A stretch of DNA of 64,000 nt. Source: Amoebophrya sp. A120 (Eukaryota; Protista; Dinoflagellata). The position numbers and the translations under genes are program-made. Below the pieces are notes generated by a model. The model had not been told where the DNA came from and ran no database searches. It was given only the letters and a program-made list of their open reading frames with translations. Positions 32,313-45,200 of this stretch are shown in pieces (positions within the stretch are counted from its first letter, which is position 1; each line of letters starts with the position of its first letter). The stretch covers positions 10,984,388 to 11,048,387 of the forward strand of contig CAJINV010000003.1 in NCBI GenBank assembly GCA_905178155.1, written 5' to 3'.

Positions 32313-34058
32313 TATCCAGGAAAAAACACCCATCCCCATCCATCTTGCCTTTTTTTTATAGCAAAAAAATCACAAAAAAATGAAAAAAACTGAAATCGTT
32401 TTTGCATGTTGATGGTTTCGAGTGCACCTACTTCACAACACTAGCTAGTGGCGTCCATGAGAAGCATCTTAACTAGAGGAATTTGACTTAGCTAGGTCTA
32501 TCGCATTGGTCGGCCGACGTCGGAGTCGAGATCCCAAAGAAGGCAACTCGCTGCGAGCCGCCTTGCGGGCCTTCGTCGGGGGCGATTTGGCTCGCGAATC
32601 TTATCGCGGGGCTTTTGGGGAGGCGTTGAACCTGATGCGGGAAGGGGTTTTTGCGGGGCAGTGGGAATCAGACGAAATCAAGCGCGCAGCTGGACTGGAC
32701 TCAACATACGAGGCCTTAGCAAATTCCGTAAGTTTGTGAACTTAGCGCCCATGGTATGGCGCATTATTCTCCTCCCAACCTGTGACAATTTTAATACTTT
32801 GGAGCCTTCACGCAGCAGATGCGCGCACTTTATCATCCGAGCAAACGGCGCGCCAGGACGCACGACCTAGCTCATGCGATTAGGCGCCCCGCCTATCGCG
32901 CCTCCTCCTACCGCGCCGAAACTTGTCTTGCTGCCCGGATGTCCCGAGCCTGGCTTTTTTTTGGATTTTTTTTTCCGACAAAAAGAGTCCGGCTTTTTGC
33001 AATTTCTTGTTTTTTCGTGGATGGGTGTTTTTACCACGAGCTAACTACAAATACGGAACCACCCATCCACGATTTTTGGGGTCGAAACTTATTTCGCCCT
33101 TCTCCCGGTGCTACGTTCCAGATTTTCGCTGAAAAAATGAAGCAAAAGCGAGCACTTTTCTGAGCTAAATTTTCGGAGTCAGCCCGTGTTTAAAACACCC
33201 ATCCACTTTTTTTGCTCGATGGCCCGAAAGTCATGGTTTTGTGGATGGTTGTTTTTACCACGAGCTATCTGCTAAATCGCCGACCACCCATCCACTCATT
33301 TTGTTCTAGAAAAGCGCGCCTTTTTGCTGAAAAAAAAGCAGTTAGCTCGTGTTTCAAACACCCATCCACTCATTTTCGAAACGGGTATTTTTTTGGATTT
33401 TTTTTCTCGCAAAAAAAATCCAAGGCTTTGTCATTTAGAATGGTGGCTCAACATCTGGCCAGGCAGGAGGGCTCCGACTCGGAGCCACGTGAGCCGCGAG
33501 AGAGGCAAGACAGAGGCCCCATGCCGCTGCTTTGCCTGATTGTTCATTCATCTTGGTCATCTTCCCCCAACATACCCACACAGGCCCGTCGCTACATTCG
33601 CATGTGGCGATGCGCTGGCACGGCGAAGTGGCGACTGCACTTTGGGCAAAGAAGTACAGGCCTAGAGCGCTCCGAGCTCTGAAGCGGATCCGCAATAAGT
33701 CGCACGAGCAGCGGCTAAAGGTCGCGCAGCATGAGGCTCCGGAGGGTGAAGCAGATTGCCTGGCGCTGAAGGAATCGGGCGCACGTTACGAGGACACCAT
33801 CCCCGACGTGCTCGCGACGACAGCCGGCGCGGGCAGGATCTCCGACTCGTCAGCCGGTGCGGGCTCCTGCGATAGATCTAGCTAGTTGAATTCTTATCAG
33901 CTGCACTTATCTAGGACGCCACTTTAGCTAGGTGAATTTAGCGCGGACATATGCCGGCAGGCATGCGTAACAGACCTGAAAATTTTTTGAAAATTATACC
34001 TCATTTCTTGATCAAAAAAAAGGCAAAATGGATGGGGATGGGTGTTTTTTCCTGGATA
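32313..34058. mobile_element. 1746-bp TIR element (family E)
   Basis: TATCCAGGAAAAAACACCCATCCCCATCCATCTTGCCTTTTTTT ... AAAAAAAGGCAAAATGGATGGGGATGGGTGTTTTTTCCTGGATA; TSD CATGA (32308-32312, 34059-34063). Confidence 0.94.
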
Positions 34059-34059
34059 C

Positions 34060-34794
34060 ATGACGCATCCATCACAGAGCGTCGCGCTTGGTTACGGTGG
34101 TGAAGTGTGCCGCCCAAGGAAATTTCGCGTGACGCTGACGTCCAAGGAGGATCGCGACGCGTTGATGAACTTGCTGGAGACTTTGCGTGCCTTTCCATTC
34201 GGAGAACACGATCAGTACCCGGACTTTGGAAAAAATTGCATCTGGACCCGGCGGGACGAATTCTGTCGGATTCTGCATGCGGCGGAAATTCGGAAGTTGT
34301 ATTTGACGCAGAACAAGAAGCACGACAAGGAGCAGGACCAGGGAGCATTAAGCCAAACCCCGATGTCCTCGCCGTCGATTTTTTCATCTCCCACGGACTA
34401 CTTCAAGAAGATGAACAACTTGAACACAGAGCTTCTCGCGTTCAGCTCCGATTTGCACGACCCAGATGTAGTCGAGAAGTTGTTTGATACCTACGAGCCG
34501 CTGCTTGCGCACGTGTCGCGGTTGCAGGTCATTTCCGGCGGAGCCACGAATTCGACATCCGTTGACCACTTGATCAAGATCGCGGAGGACGATGACAACA
34601 AGAACAACGCGGAGGACTCCGGATTAGAAGCGGACGGCGAAGCTGCAGCGTTTGACGAGCATGGTGGGGAGGACTTCGAAGTTCAGGATGAAGAAGAGCA
34701 ATCCAATGGATGCGACAGCGACACACCGTCGTGCACTGCGGATGCGGAATCGGGTCTTGACTTTTTCGTCATCGTGCCCCAGCTAAGCTACTAA
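34060..34794 (+). CDS. Protein of unknown function with acidic C-terminus
   Basis: Open frame MTHPSQSVALG...; codon usage like neighbouring genes; the ATG lies inside the TSD of the upstream element. Confidence 0.6.
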   Translation: MTHPSQSVALGYGGEVCRPRKFRVTLTSKEDRDALMNLLETLRAFPFGEHDQYPDFGKNCIWTRRDEFCRILHAAEIRKLYLTQNKKHDKEQDQGALSQTPMSSPSIFSSPTDYFKKMNNLNTELLAFSSDLHDPDVVEKLFDTYEPLLAHVSRLQVISGGATNSTSVDHLIKIAEDDDNKNNAEDSGLEADGEAAAFDEHGGEDFEVQDEEEQSNGCDSDTPSCTADAESGLDFFVIVPQLSY

Positions 34795-36270
34795 CTAGAA
34801 CTCGGTACTCCAGTGTCTTGAGCGTAAGCCTGATTTGCACTACACGTCGATAACAACTACAACAGACACTTTCATTTATGCTAGGATCCACTGCGGATCG
34901 GGATCGGCAGAGCTAATATTTTTGAAGTTCAAAAAGTTTTGCAAAAGTAGTAAGGTCCTCTATCGTCATCTTTCAGCGGTGAAGGTGATGATATCAGAAT
35001 CATGAAGATGATTCACACAACTACTAAGCTGTGGACCAATCATGCTGCTAAATCATCCCGCGTTTTACTCAGATGTTGTACGATTTTTTTTTCTCCTGAA
35101 AATGCCACCCTGTCACCAGCACGCGGGCGTTATAAAAACCCACCGAGCTATCATCTATAGTAAAGCAGCAGCACCACCAGCAGCTTCTCACTACTTGATT
35201 TATCAAATAAAGCCTCAAGCCTGTGGAGCATTGGTCGGAAATCGCTTCGATTCATATTGTTGTGACCGCCAATTACAGGTACGCTTCTTGAATACGAGGA
35301 ATGAAGAATAAAGTAGATGACAATAAAAAATGAATATTTATAATTCTTAGGCAGAGCTTCTCCTTCTGAATGAATCATAATTGAAATAGGACGACTGCTT
35401 TGCTCGTCGACGCGTCCGTCTCCCATCTCAAGGTTAAAGGCTCAGTCTCTTGTCTGTTTTGAGATTTTGCAGCTTTATTTCGGAATAAAGGAGCATTCAG
35501 CTTGTTGTACTACTTGTGCGAGCTTTCTTTTGCGAATAACTGCTTGACTTTGTCTTTTCGTCTGATCCCTATTTTGAGACGAAAGAAGAACAAGAAGACT
35601 CTCTGCAGATTAAGATTACCAAAGCGATTTCCTGCTTGCAGCGTTTAACTGTTTGCCAGACTTTGCCGCTTTGCAATTCGGCGAACTGCAACTGCTTGTG
35701 GTTGAAAATTTTTTTGTTGTTGCCGTCTGGAGGTTTGCACCAACAAAAGGCCTGAATCGGGACATTTCAGGGAAGTGCCTGCACCAGATTCTGTTGACGA
35801 AATGGGAGACTAGCCAGAGTTGATGCTAGAGAGTGTCGAGGGCAAGCCAAAATGTACGGAGCGTTCTTCACTTTGAGAGAGAAGTCTGGAGACACAGGCA
35901 CGCGGCGTCGTCTTTTAAGTATAATGATAATCGTAGGTCAAGTTTGGACACGGCGAAACTGTGCACGACTTAGAAGGGGACGATATCGGCTATTTGCTGC
36001 TTCTCTGCATCCGCTAGCACAGCTGTGCTGCTGATGTACGCTCCTGCATGGCCACCCGCACCCACTGCTCGTTAGCATGCGCACTGCAGGTCGATCGCTA
36101 TCAAAGGCGAAAAGTCCGAACTACTTCTTCTAAATCGTTCGTCTCTCCTGGTTGTATTTAGTTCGAACCAGAGCTGCACTGACTTGAGCGTGAGCCAACT
36201 ACATAGAAAAAGAACGATACCCCCGCCCTCGTAAATGTAGAACACCACCTCGCGGCTACCCATTTTCAAA

Positions 36271-39200
36271 ATGGTTGGACCTCCCGGCCGCAGGCTGAGT
36301 GCGAACAATCCGAACCCCTTTTTGGGAAAGAACGGGGGAACAACGACCGGAACGTCAACAGCAAATGTGTCTTCTTCACTGCCAGGGGACCACTCCGAAC
36401 CTCACGGGGCATCGGCGGACGCCCGTGGAAGTCCGCAACGCGCAGTCGGCGCCGGATTTTCCCTTTCCCCGAAATCGCCGAAGCGAGGAACGAAGAGCAT
36501 CAAGGACCTCTCCCAGCTTTTCTCGGGGGGTGCGGCAGCTGGAGCTGCATCTACTTCGGGTTCCACGACTGGAGCGGCCTCCTCGTCATCTTCTTCTTCG
36601 TGTCGATTGATGTCCTCGTCCTCGACCCATGGTGCTGGTGGGGGATTCGGTGCAGCTGTTACTACAGCTTCTAGGGACGTCGACAAGAACCCACCTGGGC
36701 GGTCGTTAGGGGGTGCGCCCCGAACCGCCAAGCACTCCTCCTCTTCGTGTAGTAAGCCTGACGCTCCGGGAGGTCGTAAGGCAACTACCTCGTCCTCTAC
36801 CACCACCTCCTCGCATTCACCGGGGAAAAAGGCTGCAGACAGCTGGATCACATCAAATCAAAACCGGTCAATGCTGACGCCGGACCGCGATTTATCGGCC
36901 GGAAAATCTTCTTGTTCGCCAAAGAAGACTTCTGAGCAGGCGCGCGACGGCCAAGAAGTCGAGGGTGGTCCTCGTCCGAGGACCAGTGTAGTCTCATGCG
37001 GTCCGCCTGGAGCAGCAGTAAAACCTGCCGAGATCAACCTGTCGGCCCCACCGGGTGCGGGTGGGTTCAAGGGACCGCCCCGGCGGAAGCCCTCTACAGT
37101 CGTGACCGGTCCGCTCGTCGGTTCGCTGGCCGCTGAAGGAAATAAAGCAAAAGGGTCCAGCTCAAGAACCGGTTCCGCTTCGCCTGCAAACAAATCGTCT
37201 CACGTCGAAACCATCTCGAAAGCTCCAAGCGAAACCCATACCAAAACGCCTGAAAGACCGAAGAGTCCCGAGCAGCCACACGTAGAGGCGAGTGACTCGC
37301 TTGCAGAAGTTCCTGTTGCCGCGGGGAATGGCAGTGAAAAAGCGACTTCCTCCTGCTCTGGAAGCCCGACGCGCAGTCCACTGAGTCTAAAGCAAAGGAC
37401 CAAGCTGATGAACCAGAACAACCGCGGCCCAGCTCCTGCATCTTACCAGCCACAGATTGTCCGCACGCCGAAACTTCGACCGCTTAACAAACGAAAATCC
37501 GATATCGTTGATCGCGACCAAGCCAGCAGCAGCAAGCCTGTACTGAGCCACCTTCTTTTGATACGTTGGCTCTGACGATGGAGCTCTTCGTTCTCCTTCT
37601 TCAGATTTTCATCTTCTGTGTGCACAAATCATTGACTCGAAATCTTCGACGACGCCAAACAAAAATTATTGAGATTGTTGTTGTTCCTGTATGTAGCGAA
37701 AAAAATAACTAGCCAACATCCACCTCCTCCTGGTACCTCCTGTGAGTGTGAAGTGATAAAGCATCAGCCACAGTTTGTCACACTCACGAACCATACGCGA
37801 AGCTATCAAATGAATTCCAAGTTAGTAAGTATACACATCTTGCTAAGGTTGTATCACCACCGGTGCGTTTGTTGTACTAAAAAACCTTCAGAGAACCACC
37901 TTCAACACAGTTTCGCCCAAAAGCACGCACTTCATCGTTGGAAGCTGACGAAGAGGAGGTACCCAAGAAGTCCGAAGGCGGTGTTGTTACATGTTCGAGG
38001 ACAAACACGGACTTGCAGCTTTCTACTACTGGTACAAAACCTGACGTTCTAAAGGACGTGGAAAACCCAAGTACAACCTTGACGAAAACACCTGTACCTG
38101 GCGAGACGGACGAGAATCCAGATGTTGACAAGGCAGAATTGAATCATGACGATGCTGGAGCGAATAACCCTACTTGTCACGATCATCCCGTCGAGGACGC
38201 CATAGGTATCTCCGCCGCCGGAAAGGTAGTGGCGGCCTCACACAATTATACAACTACTGCTTTCGATATTGTTTCCGGCGCTGATGTTAAAGAGATGCTT
38301 TCGTTTCCGAGCCAGAGCACGGCTGGGGCTGCAATGAAAGAAGAAGCATATGAATCCGCTGGTGGCGGGGCACATAATTCAGCAGCTGCAGACGAGGCGA
38401 AACAAGAAGACGTCGCTCCACCTAGTTCCGAGAACACCGCGCGAAATTTCCAAGACGCTGACGCACCTACGCCAGACCCAGAGGACGACGCGGTTAGTGA
38501 GCTCGTGATCGTCTCAACGAGGGGGCGGGACGACGAAGAGCAACCTTCTGGGTCGAGTGTTTCAACAGACCTCGGCCCAGAGAAGGTGAGAAACCGAGAC
38601 AGTGGGGAAGAACGGTATGGAAATGAAGCTCAGGCAGACGCGGACGGAGAAGCAGCTATGAACACGTGCCCCGTCCCTGTGACGGTGCTGTCAGCGTCTC
38701 CCCCGAAGACCGGGGACGAGGCGGAAGCAGGTGGGGGAGCACGACCCGTCGGAAGCGGAACCGAACCGGCATCAAACGCAAACGAACACAATGCCACAAG
38801 TGACGGAAAAGAAGAAAAGAGGACGGAAGAGGGAGAAGAGGATGAAATTTGCGTTGATGGCGAACCCTTGGTGTTGCCACCGGCCACGGCAGCTCCTGCT
38901 GCGCAGAGCGAGACACTACCCGGTCCTGGTGCCCAACTACAGCACGACTGCTCTACTACTTCGGTGATCTCAGAAGAACAAGTAGCGGAGTTGCGAAGAC
39001 AAGTTGCCGTGCTACAGGAAAGTCTTGCGGAGAAAGATCGCCGACTAAAGTCACAAGACGAGCACATTGCACAGCTGACGGAACTACAAAAGGACGCGAC
39101 ACTGGAGACCAGCGCATCCTGCAAGTCGACCGCCCCGTCCAATCTAGGTTCATCCTCCGGCGTTGGAGTTTTTCTCCCAACTCCAGCTGGACCACCGGAA

Positions 39201-42200
39201 ATCGCTTCGGGCGCCGGGATTTCGATGGTCGGAAGTGCATTGAGGAAGCAAAACAGCACCGAGCTGCGTGGGAGCTGCACGCAAGCGATTTTGCTAGAAA
39301 CATCTTCCTCTGCTGCACCCACCTCAGCATCCAATTCAAACAAGGAGGCGACCACTCGCACGAGGGGTCCATTCTCGATTGGATTGTCCGCGCAGCAGAC
39401 CACGTTGAGCGCAGCGCCGCAATCAGCAGCGCGCACGCCACAGGAGGAACAGAGCAGCTTTCTGTCGGCGAACGATATCTCCCCAGTCGATGACAACAAG
39501 TCCGTGTGCGAATATCTCAGTAGTGCGCTGAGTTCCAGTAATGCGGGTAGTGCGGTAGCTTCTCCAGCGGAAAATATCGCAATCGTAACTCCAGTGGCAA
39601 CTACATTAAGTGATCACGATTCATCAGCACCAGCAGAGACAGACAGTGGACCTTTGTCGGAAAAGGAATCAGCAAGATGCGACACAACTTCTGCAACGAG
39701 TGCCGTACTTTTGTCGTCTGCGTCTTCATCAAAAGAGTCGTCGACCTCGAGTGCTAGTGGCAGTCGCGCAAGCACTGTTTGCTCCGCTGCCGTCGAAGAA
39801 AAGGTCCGGGCAGAACTGGAGCAAAAGTTTCGTGAAGAACAAGAAAGGTGGAAGAAAGCGAACGCTGAATTGCAAACCGAACTCGAGCGATTGAAAGCAG
39901 GAAGCGCGGAAATACAAGTGGTTTCGAACAAAGGAGGTGCTGAGAACGCCACTGCGATCAGCGAATCGGAACCGCGGAAGAGTGTTGCGCCCGTTCTTGC
40001 AGAGGACCCGCAGGAAGATGAAGATGAGCTTGTGTGTCTGCGGCGCAAAATAACGCAGCTTGAGGAGGAGCTGCGAACGGCCAAAAGCTTCAGTAGCAGA
40101 TCTGCATCTACGCCAGATGCGGGCGACAGCGAACGGAGCAGCGGCTCACAGGCTGCAGGAGCTTTTTCACTCGGAGTTGTGAAGCCCCTCGTTTTGCATG
40201 TTGCTCCAGCATGTCCTCCCGGTGGGGAACATGAGGACGTTCCAAAGATTGAAGCTGCATCCGACGTCCCAACCGCGGACACGGGCGTGCCAAGCAACGG
40301 AGCAGGAAACGCAGGGAAGGGAAAAGGAACTGGGAAGATGAAGGGTCCACCTCCACCTCCAGTACAACCTTCTTCCACCTCTCCCGCCATCGAAGGCGCG
40401 GCATCGTCAACGTCATGTGAGACACCTTCTGTTGTATCAGACGTGAGGTCTTCCTCTTCCACAGTGGCAGGACTGACAACAAAAGGCAAGCCGGGTGCAG
40501 CACCGTTGCCGGGACCGAAGGGCGGACAGAAGGCCGCGCCGCCGCCGCCACCCTTAGGTCCTGCTGTAGCTTGCGGAAAGTCCTCTGCGCCCCCGCTCGA
40601 GGCCAGCTGCGCAACTAGCAGCTCGACGACCTGCTCCAAGGGAAAAACTAAAGGTGCGGCGGTACCAGCTGCCGGGAAGCCACAGACTGGGCCCTCACCG
40701 CCAGGTGGAGGCAAGAAAGGAGCCGCGGCACCACCGGGCGCAGGAGCAGTGGGGAGCAAAAAGGGTGGCGGCAAAGGTGGAAAAGGAAAGCACAACCGCG
40801 CCCCACCGCTCCCGCGAAGCAACGGCTTCATCAATATTCCGTGGGCTGTTATTTCCGAGACCGCTTCGGAACGGACACAAGAACAGCTGGAGAAGACTGT
40901 CGGCGACTTCCTCGGGCCCCTTTACAACGTCGGCAACATTCTCGGCGAGGTGCAAGTTGCGGCCACCCCAGAAGATGTTGACAACACGGAAACAAACGAA
41001 GAGCACGACACTTCTAGACCGGTAGATGAACAACGGAATTTGGGAAGAACGGCGGGGCCCGTGCTCAACAACCGTGGCGGCTGTAGAAACAACCCACCAG
41101 GAGGGGGCGTTCTGGTTTTGCCAACGATCAACGAGAATACGCCAGCAAGCAGTCCCTCGGCCGCATCCACGTCCTCTGCGTCCGCAACGCCTGCAGCTAG
41201 TTGCACGACTCCCGCCCGGCAAACAGAGGCCCCGAAAAAGCGAAAAGCAGCGTCCCTGTGGTCCAGGAAGCTGGTTTCCAAGGTTTTGATTCAGGACCGC
41301 ATGCTATCCTTCTTCAAAAAAGTGCCCGCAACGTCTACCGGCCTTGCTGCGGGGGGAGTGGGCGGGAGCAAGCCCGGATCCGCAAAAAACTCGCCGCTGG
41401 ACGACGACTGCGCCAGCGGTGAACAAGGCGGCAAGAGCGGCGACGCGAGCACGAAGAAGCTTTGTCTGATCGACGGCAAACTGGTGCAGCATGGTGAAAT
41501 CTTGTGGCGGCAAATCGTGAAGGAGTTTCCGGCCAAGGACAGTCTGGAAACGTGCGAGAAGTTCCGCAACGCGTTCCTGAATTGCACCCTGAAGTCACCC
41601 GACTCGCTGGCCTCCATCCGACCGCTTATCGACTGCGTCGCCGAGGCCCTGGAGCAACAAGACAGCGACAACGGCAAGGAAAGTCTGCTGGCGCTGCGGA
41701 AAAATGACGAAAGCCTGAAGAAGAAATTCCAGTACCCACACCTGCACAAGCTCTGCTTCGACGTGATCAGCATCTCCGGGTACGACGAGCGGATCGACGT
41801 GCTGATCTACAAACTCGAGTTCTACCAGCAGGAAAGCGAGCTGCGGGCCCGGATTCAGGTCGTCCGAAAGGCGATCGACGTGCTCATCTCGAAAAAGCAC
41901 GTCCTGCGCAAGTTGTTCCAACTGATCCAGGACCTTGGAAACAAGCTGAACGCCGGCTGCCAAGCGCCAACAGCGGAGCACGGCTTCCGGCTTATGCACA
42001 TTGCAAAAGCATCGTAGAACTAGAGAATAAAAGTACTATGTGGTCGTGTAGCTGGGTGGATGAAATTGAAAGAACTGCGACGTGGACGTACTCATGAAGT
42101 AAATTGTATGTAAATAACGATCATAACGAAGATGAAGAACGGAAAATATTTTTTTAGTACATTTGTACTTGTCATGGAAAATGCCTGCAATAAAGTTAAA

Positions 42201-45200
42201 GATTCACACACGCGTGATCAAGAAACAATTAATAGGCAGATCTGCCACGAAAACGAATGACTACACGTGGATGGTGAAGCAGCATGTGCATTACTGCAAC
42301 AAGAAGTAGAAGCATGACCACTTCTACGGCACAACTTTTGCACAGAATACGGCTCACCTCGCTGCAAAAGATCTGCGAAATCAAGTGTGCATCGTTGACC
42401 GCAACGATTCTGCACTTCGTGTTGTGCATGATGGGCGAAGAAGACAGTATGGTGTTCACTGACGCGGACTGCAAGGCGCTGCGCGAGGCCCGGTCCGTGC
42501 GCACGTATGCCATCTATGACCGAACGAAGGACCTGCTGCAGCCTATGAGCGAGCTAAAGGAGCTAGTGAGTACCAACACCTACAACAAGAAACAGATCAA
42601 GCGGCGGCGCGAGACCATTGGTGGACAAGTGGACAAAAAGGACCGCTTTCATGAGGAGATTGAGGGCTTTCTCCTAGGCGCCGCGTCAAACGAACGAGAG
42701 CTGCGGCGCGAGACAGAGCAGTTCTTCGCACGATACCTGCAGTTGGGGGTCTTTTTCAACGACCTACAAACTGTTTGGCCGCCGCCATCCAAGGAAAGTG
42801 ATCCTATCAAAATGATGAAAAGCGCAGCTCCATTGCACGTTGCCCCCCCAGAAAAAAATGCCGATAATTTGTCGGACGCCAAACGGCAACTACTTTTTGT
42901 CTTGTGTACAACTACAGCTGTCACTGCGAAGTGGCATAATTCTGCTCCAGAATGCTCTTTCGACATACAGGGGGTGCTGTGTGCCACCTCTGGCATGAAA
43001 GATATCATCGCCGCGGCTGTACCAGTGCTGTGCAACACAGGCCTACAATCGTTGCTACTCTAGGTCGAAAGGAAACTTAAAGTTTTCAGCAGTGATACAT
43101 TCTTTCAACCAAATTGCTGGCAAGTACTATCAATCTACACGAGTTAGCTCAATTGCGAGGAAGCTTCGAAAGAATTCCAACGGTTTCCCAGTCTGGAGCT
43201 GCAGGGGCGCTTTTCTTTGTGATATGTCCGACCAAAGATTTGTTCGAGATTTTCGACGTATTCGCGGAAAAAATATGAAAATGCACAACTCCCTCGTCCT
43301 TAACATTCGTCTTCGTCACGACGCAATATTATTTCTGATCAAATCGACAACTTGAGGACTCCGCCGTGCCTCTGAAGTGCGCGGTTTGCCCGGCCCTGCT
43401 TTGACACCCGTGTACTATGCATGTGCGGACTTCTTTATCTTCAGGTGAAGGCCACATTTTTAGTAATTGTCGCTTTTGTTGCTGCTCATGCTTTTCATAT
43501 GAGTTGGGCGGGGATGCTGGGGAAGAATCACAGTTGTGCACTCCCATAAGAAGTCCGGGCGGTACAGAAGGACCTCGGGTTTCATGTTGATCCGCACCAG
43601 CAAGGCCGCAAGTCCCTGAATCGCAGTTCCACAACGATGCTTGTGGCGCGGGACCAGGCAGAAGTCAAAAACGTGTCCATGCTGCGAGAATACATCCAGT
43701 CGTCCTGTCTCAAGGCAGACCCAGAAGAGGAAGCGCAGCCACAGTTGGAAACCGTCGAAAGCTTTGTACGTGGAGGCAAATCTTCGTCCCCTAACACTGC
43801 TTCAAGGACAGCATCGGCAACAAATCGGGGCGACGATCGGTAAATACTAAATAGAATACCTTATTGAATTGTTCTTGCGGAGGACTTGTTTCAATCCATA
43901 ATTTTGCTGTTGCGTCATCTTCTTGGAGCGCGTGGCTTCTTTTTGATGTTTTGAAAATTGGCTTCTTTTTCTTTGATCTGTTTTGACATTAAGATGCGTT
44001 TCTGATTCTCCAACGTGGATGTGAGAATAAGCAACGGACAGTGGCGGGATATTTTGCCAAACCGATACCGAACAAGTCGAGGATTTTGCATGTACCAATA
44101 GATTATACGCACGTAGTACCTGCTACAAGTAGCCTTCACTGATTCTTCTATGCACGCATGAGAGCAGTCGTCGTACACAAAAATCGCGAGGACGGCAACG
44201 TCATCATCTTATCTGTCAGGCTCTCGCCCCCGAGCTCGCCAGAGGGAAACAAGACGAGCCCAATCCGCTTTTCTGCCTGTCCACCGAAAAGGAAAACGGC
44301 CCCTGCGGTCGTCGCGGACCGGTGTCTTGCTCAGTTCCGCGAGATCAACACCGCACCGGTGCGGGTGGTGGCCCAAGAGAAGGTTGCCACCACTTCAGCC
44401 TTGCCCAGTCCCGTGGAATCGCAGGGGAGCAGCGACCAGCACAACATGTCGGACGTTTCCGCCTGGAGTCCGGACGAAGAAAATAGATCCGTGTCACTTA
44501 CCGAGCCGCACCAAGTACTAGAACCCCAGCAAGATGAACCCGAGTCGACATCTACAAAGATCGCGGTTTCGGAGGCCCCAAGAAGAACAGATGGCACCAC
44601 GACCTTGGGAGCAGCAGACGATGGACGCGATGACAAAATCGACCAAGCTAAAAAAGCAAATTCTTCACCCGCCACGAAAGGGAAAGTAAGCAGTGGAGCC
44701 GACCACGCGCCCCAGTTGCGCGGTGCAGATGTTGATAACGAAAACGAAGCAAGCAAAACTGCGATAAGTGTTGCTGATCCTCCTTTTCCACAGAGAAGTA
44801 AGTTTATGAAGCGCGACGGTGCACCAGCTGCGAAGGCCGTGAGGTTTTTCTTATGTGGTTCAGTTCCCAAGATAAGTTAAATCATTTAACTGAGAAAAAT
44901 GAAACGAAAAAAAGACCCCAACAAAGCCACGAACTGCTGTCACTCAGCAGCGGAAGCTTCTGGATGTCATAGCGAATAGGGAAAACCGCGCGACTTCAGT
45001 CCTTGTATTTGGTAGAGCTCGTCGTGGTGCCTCGCGTCGGTGTCGTTTATGTCGCTTGCGCTTCCGAGCCTCCACACCGGTGTCAAGTTGGGCTAGAAAC
45101 CTTCTTGGCCCCGCAGAGGGAGACCATGCCACGCCAGCAAGGAAAGGCTCTCGCGTTTTTTTTGTGAGCCGCTGAGATTTTTTCGATCTAGTGGCACAAG

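Noticed and set aside
33640-33665. LWAKKYRP resembling the RFC/clamp-loader WVEKYRP box
   Set aside because: No Walker A or AAA+ domain follows, and the homolog in the sister element reads LWAKRWRP.
38630-40834. Minus-strand ORFs of 289 and 406 aa
   Set aside because: They are antisense shadows of the formin low-complexity exon.
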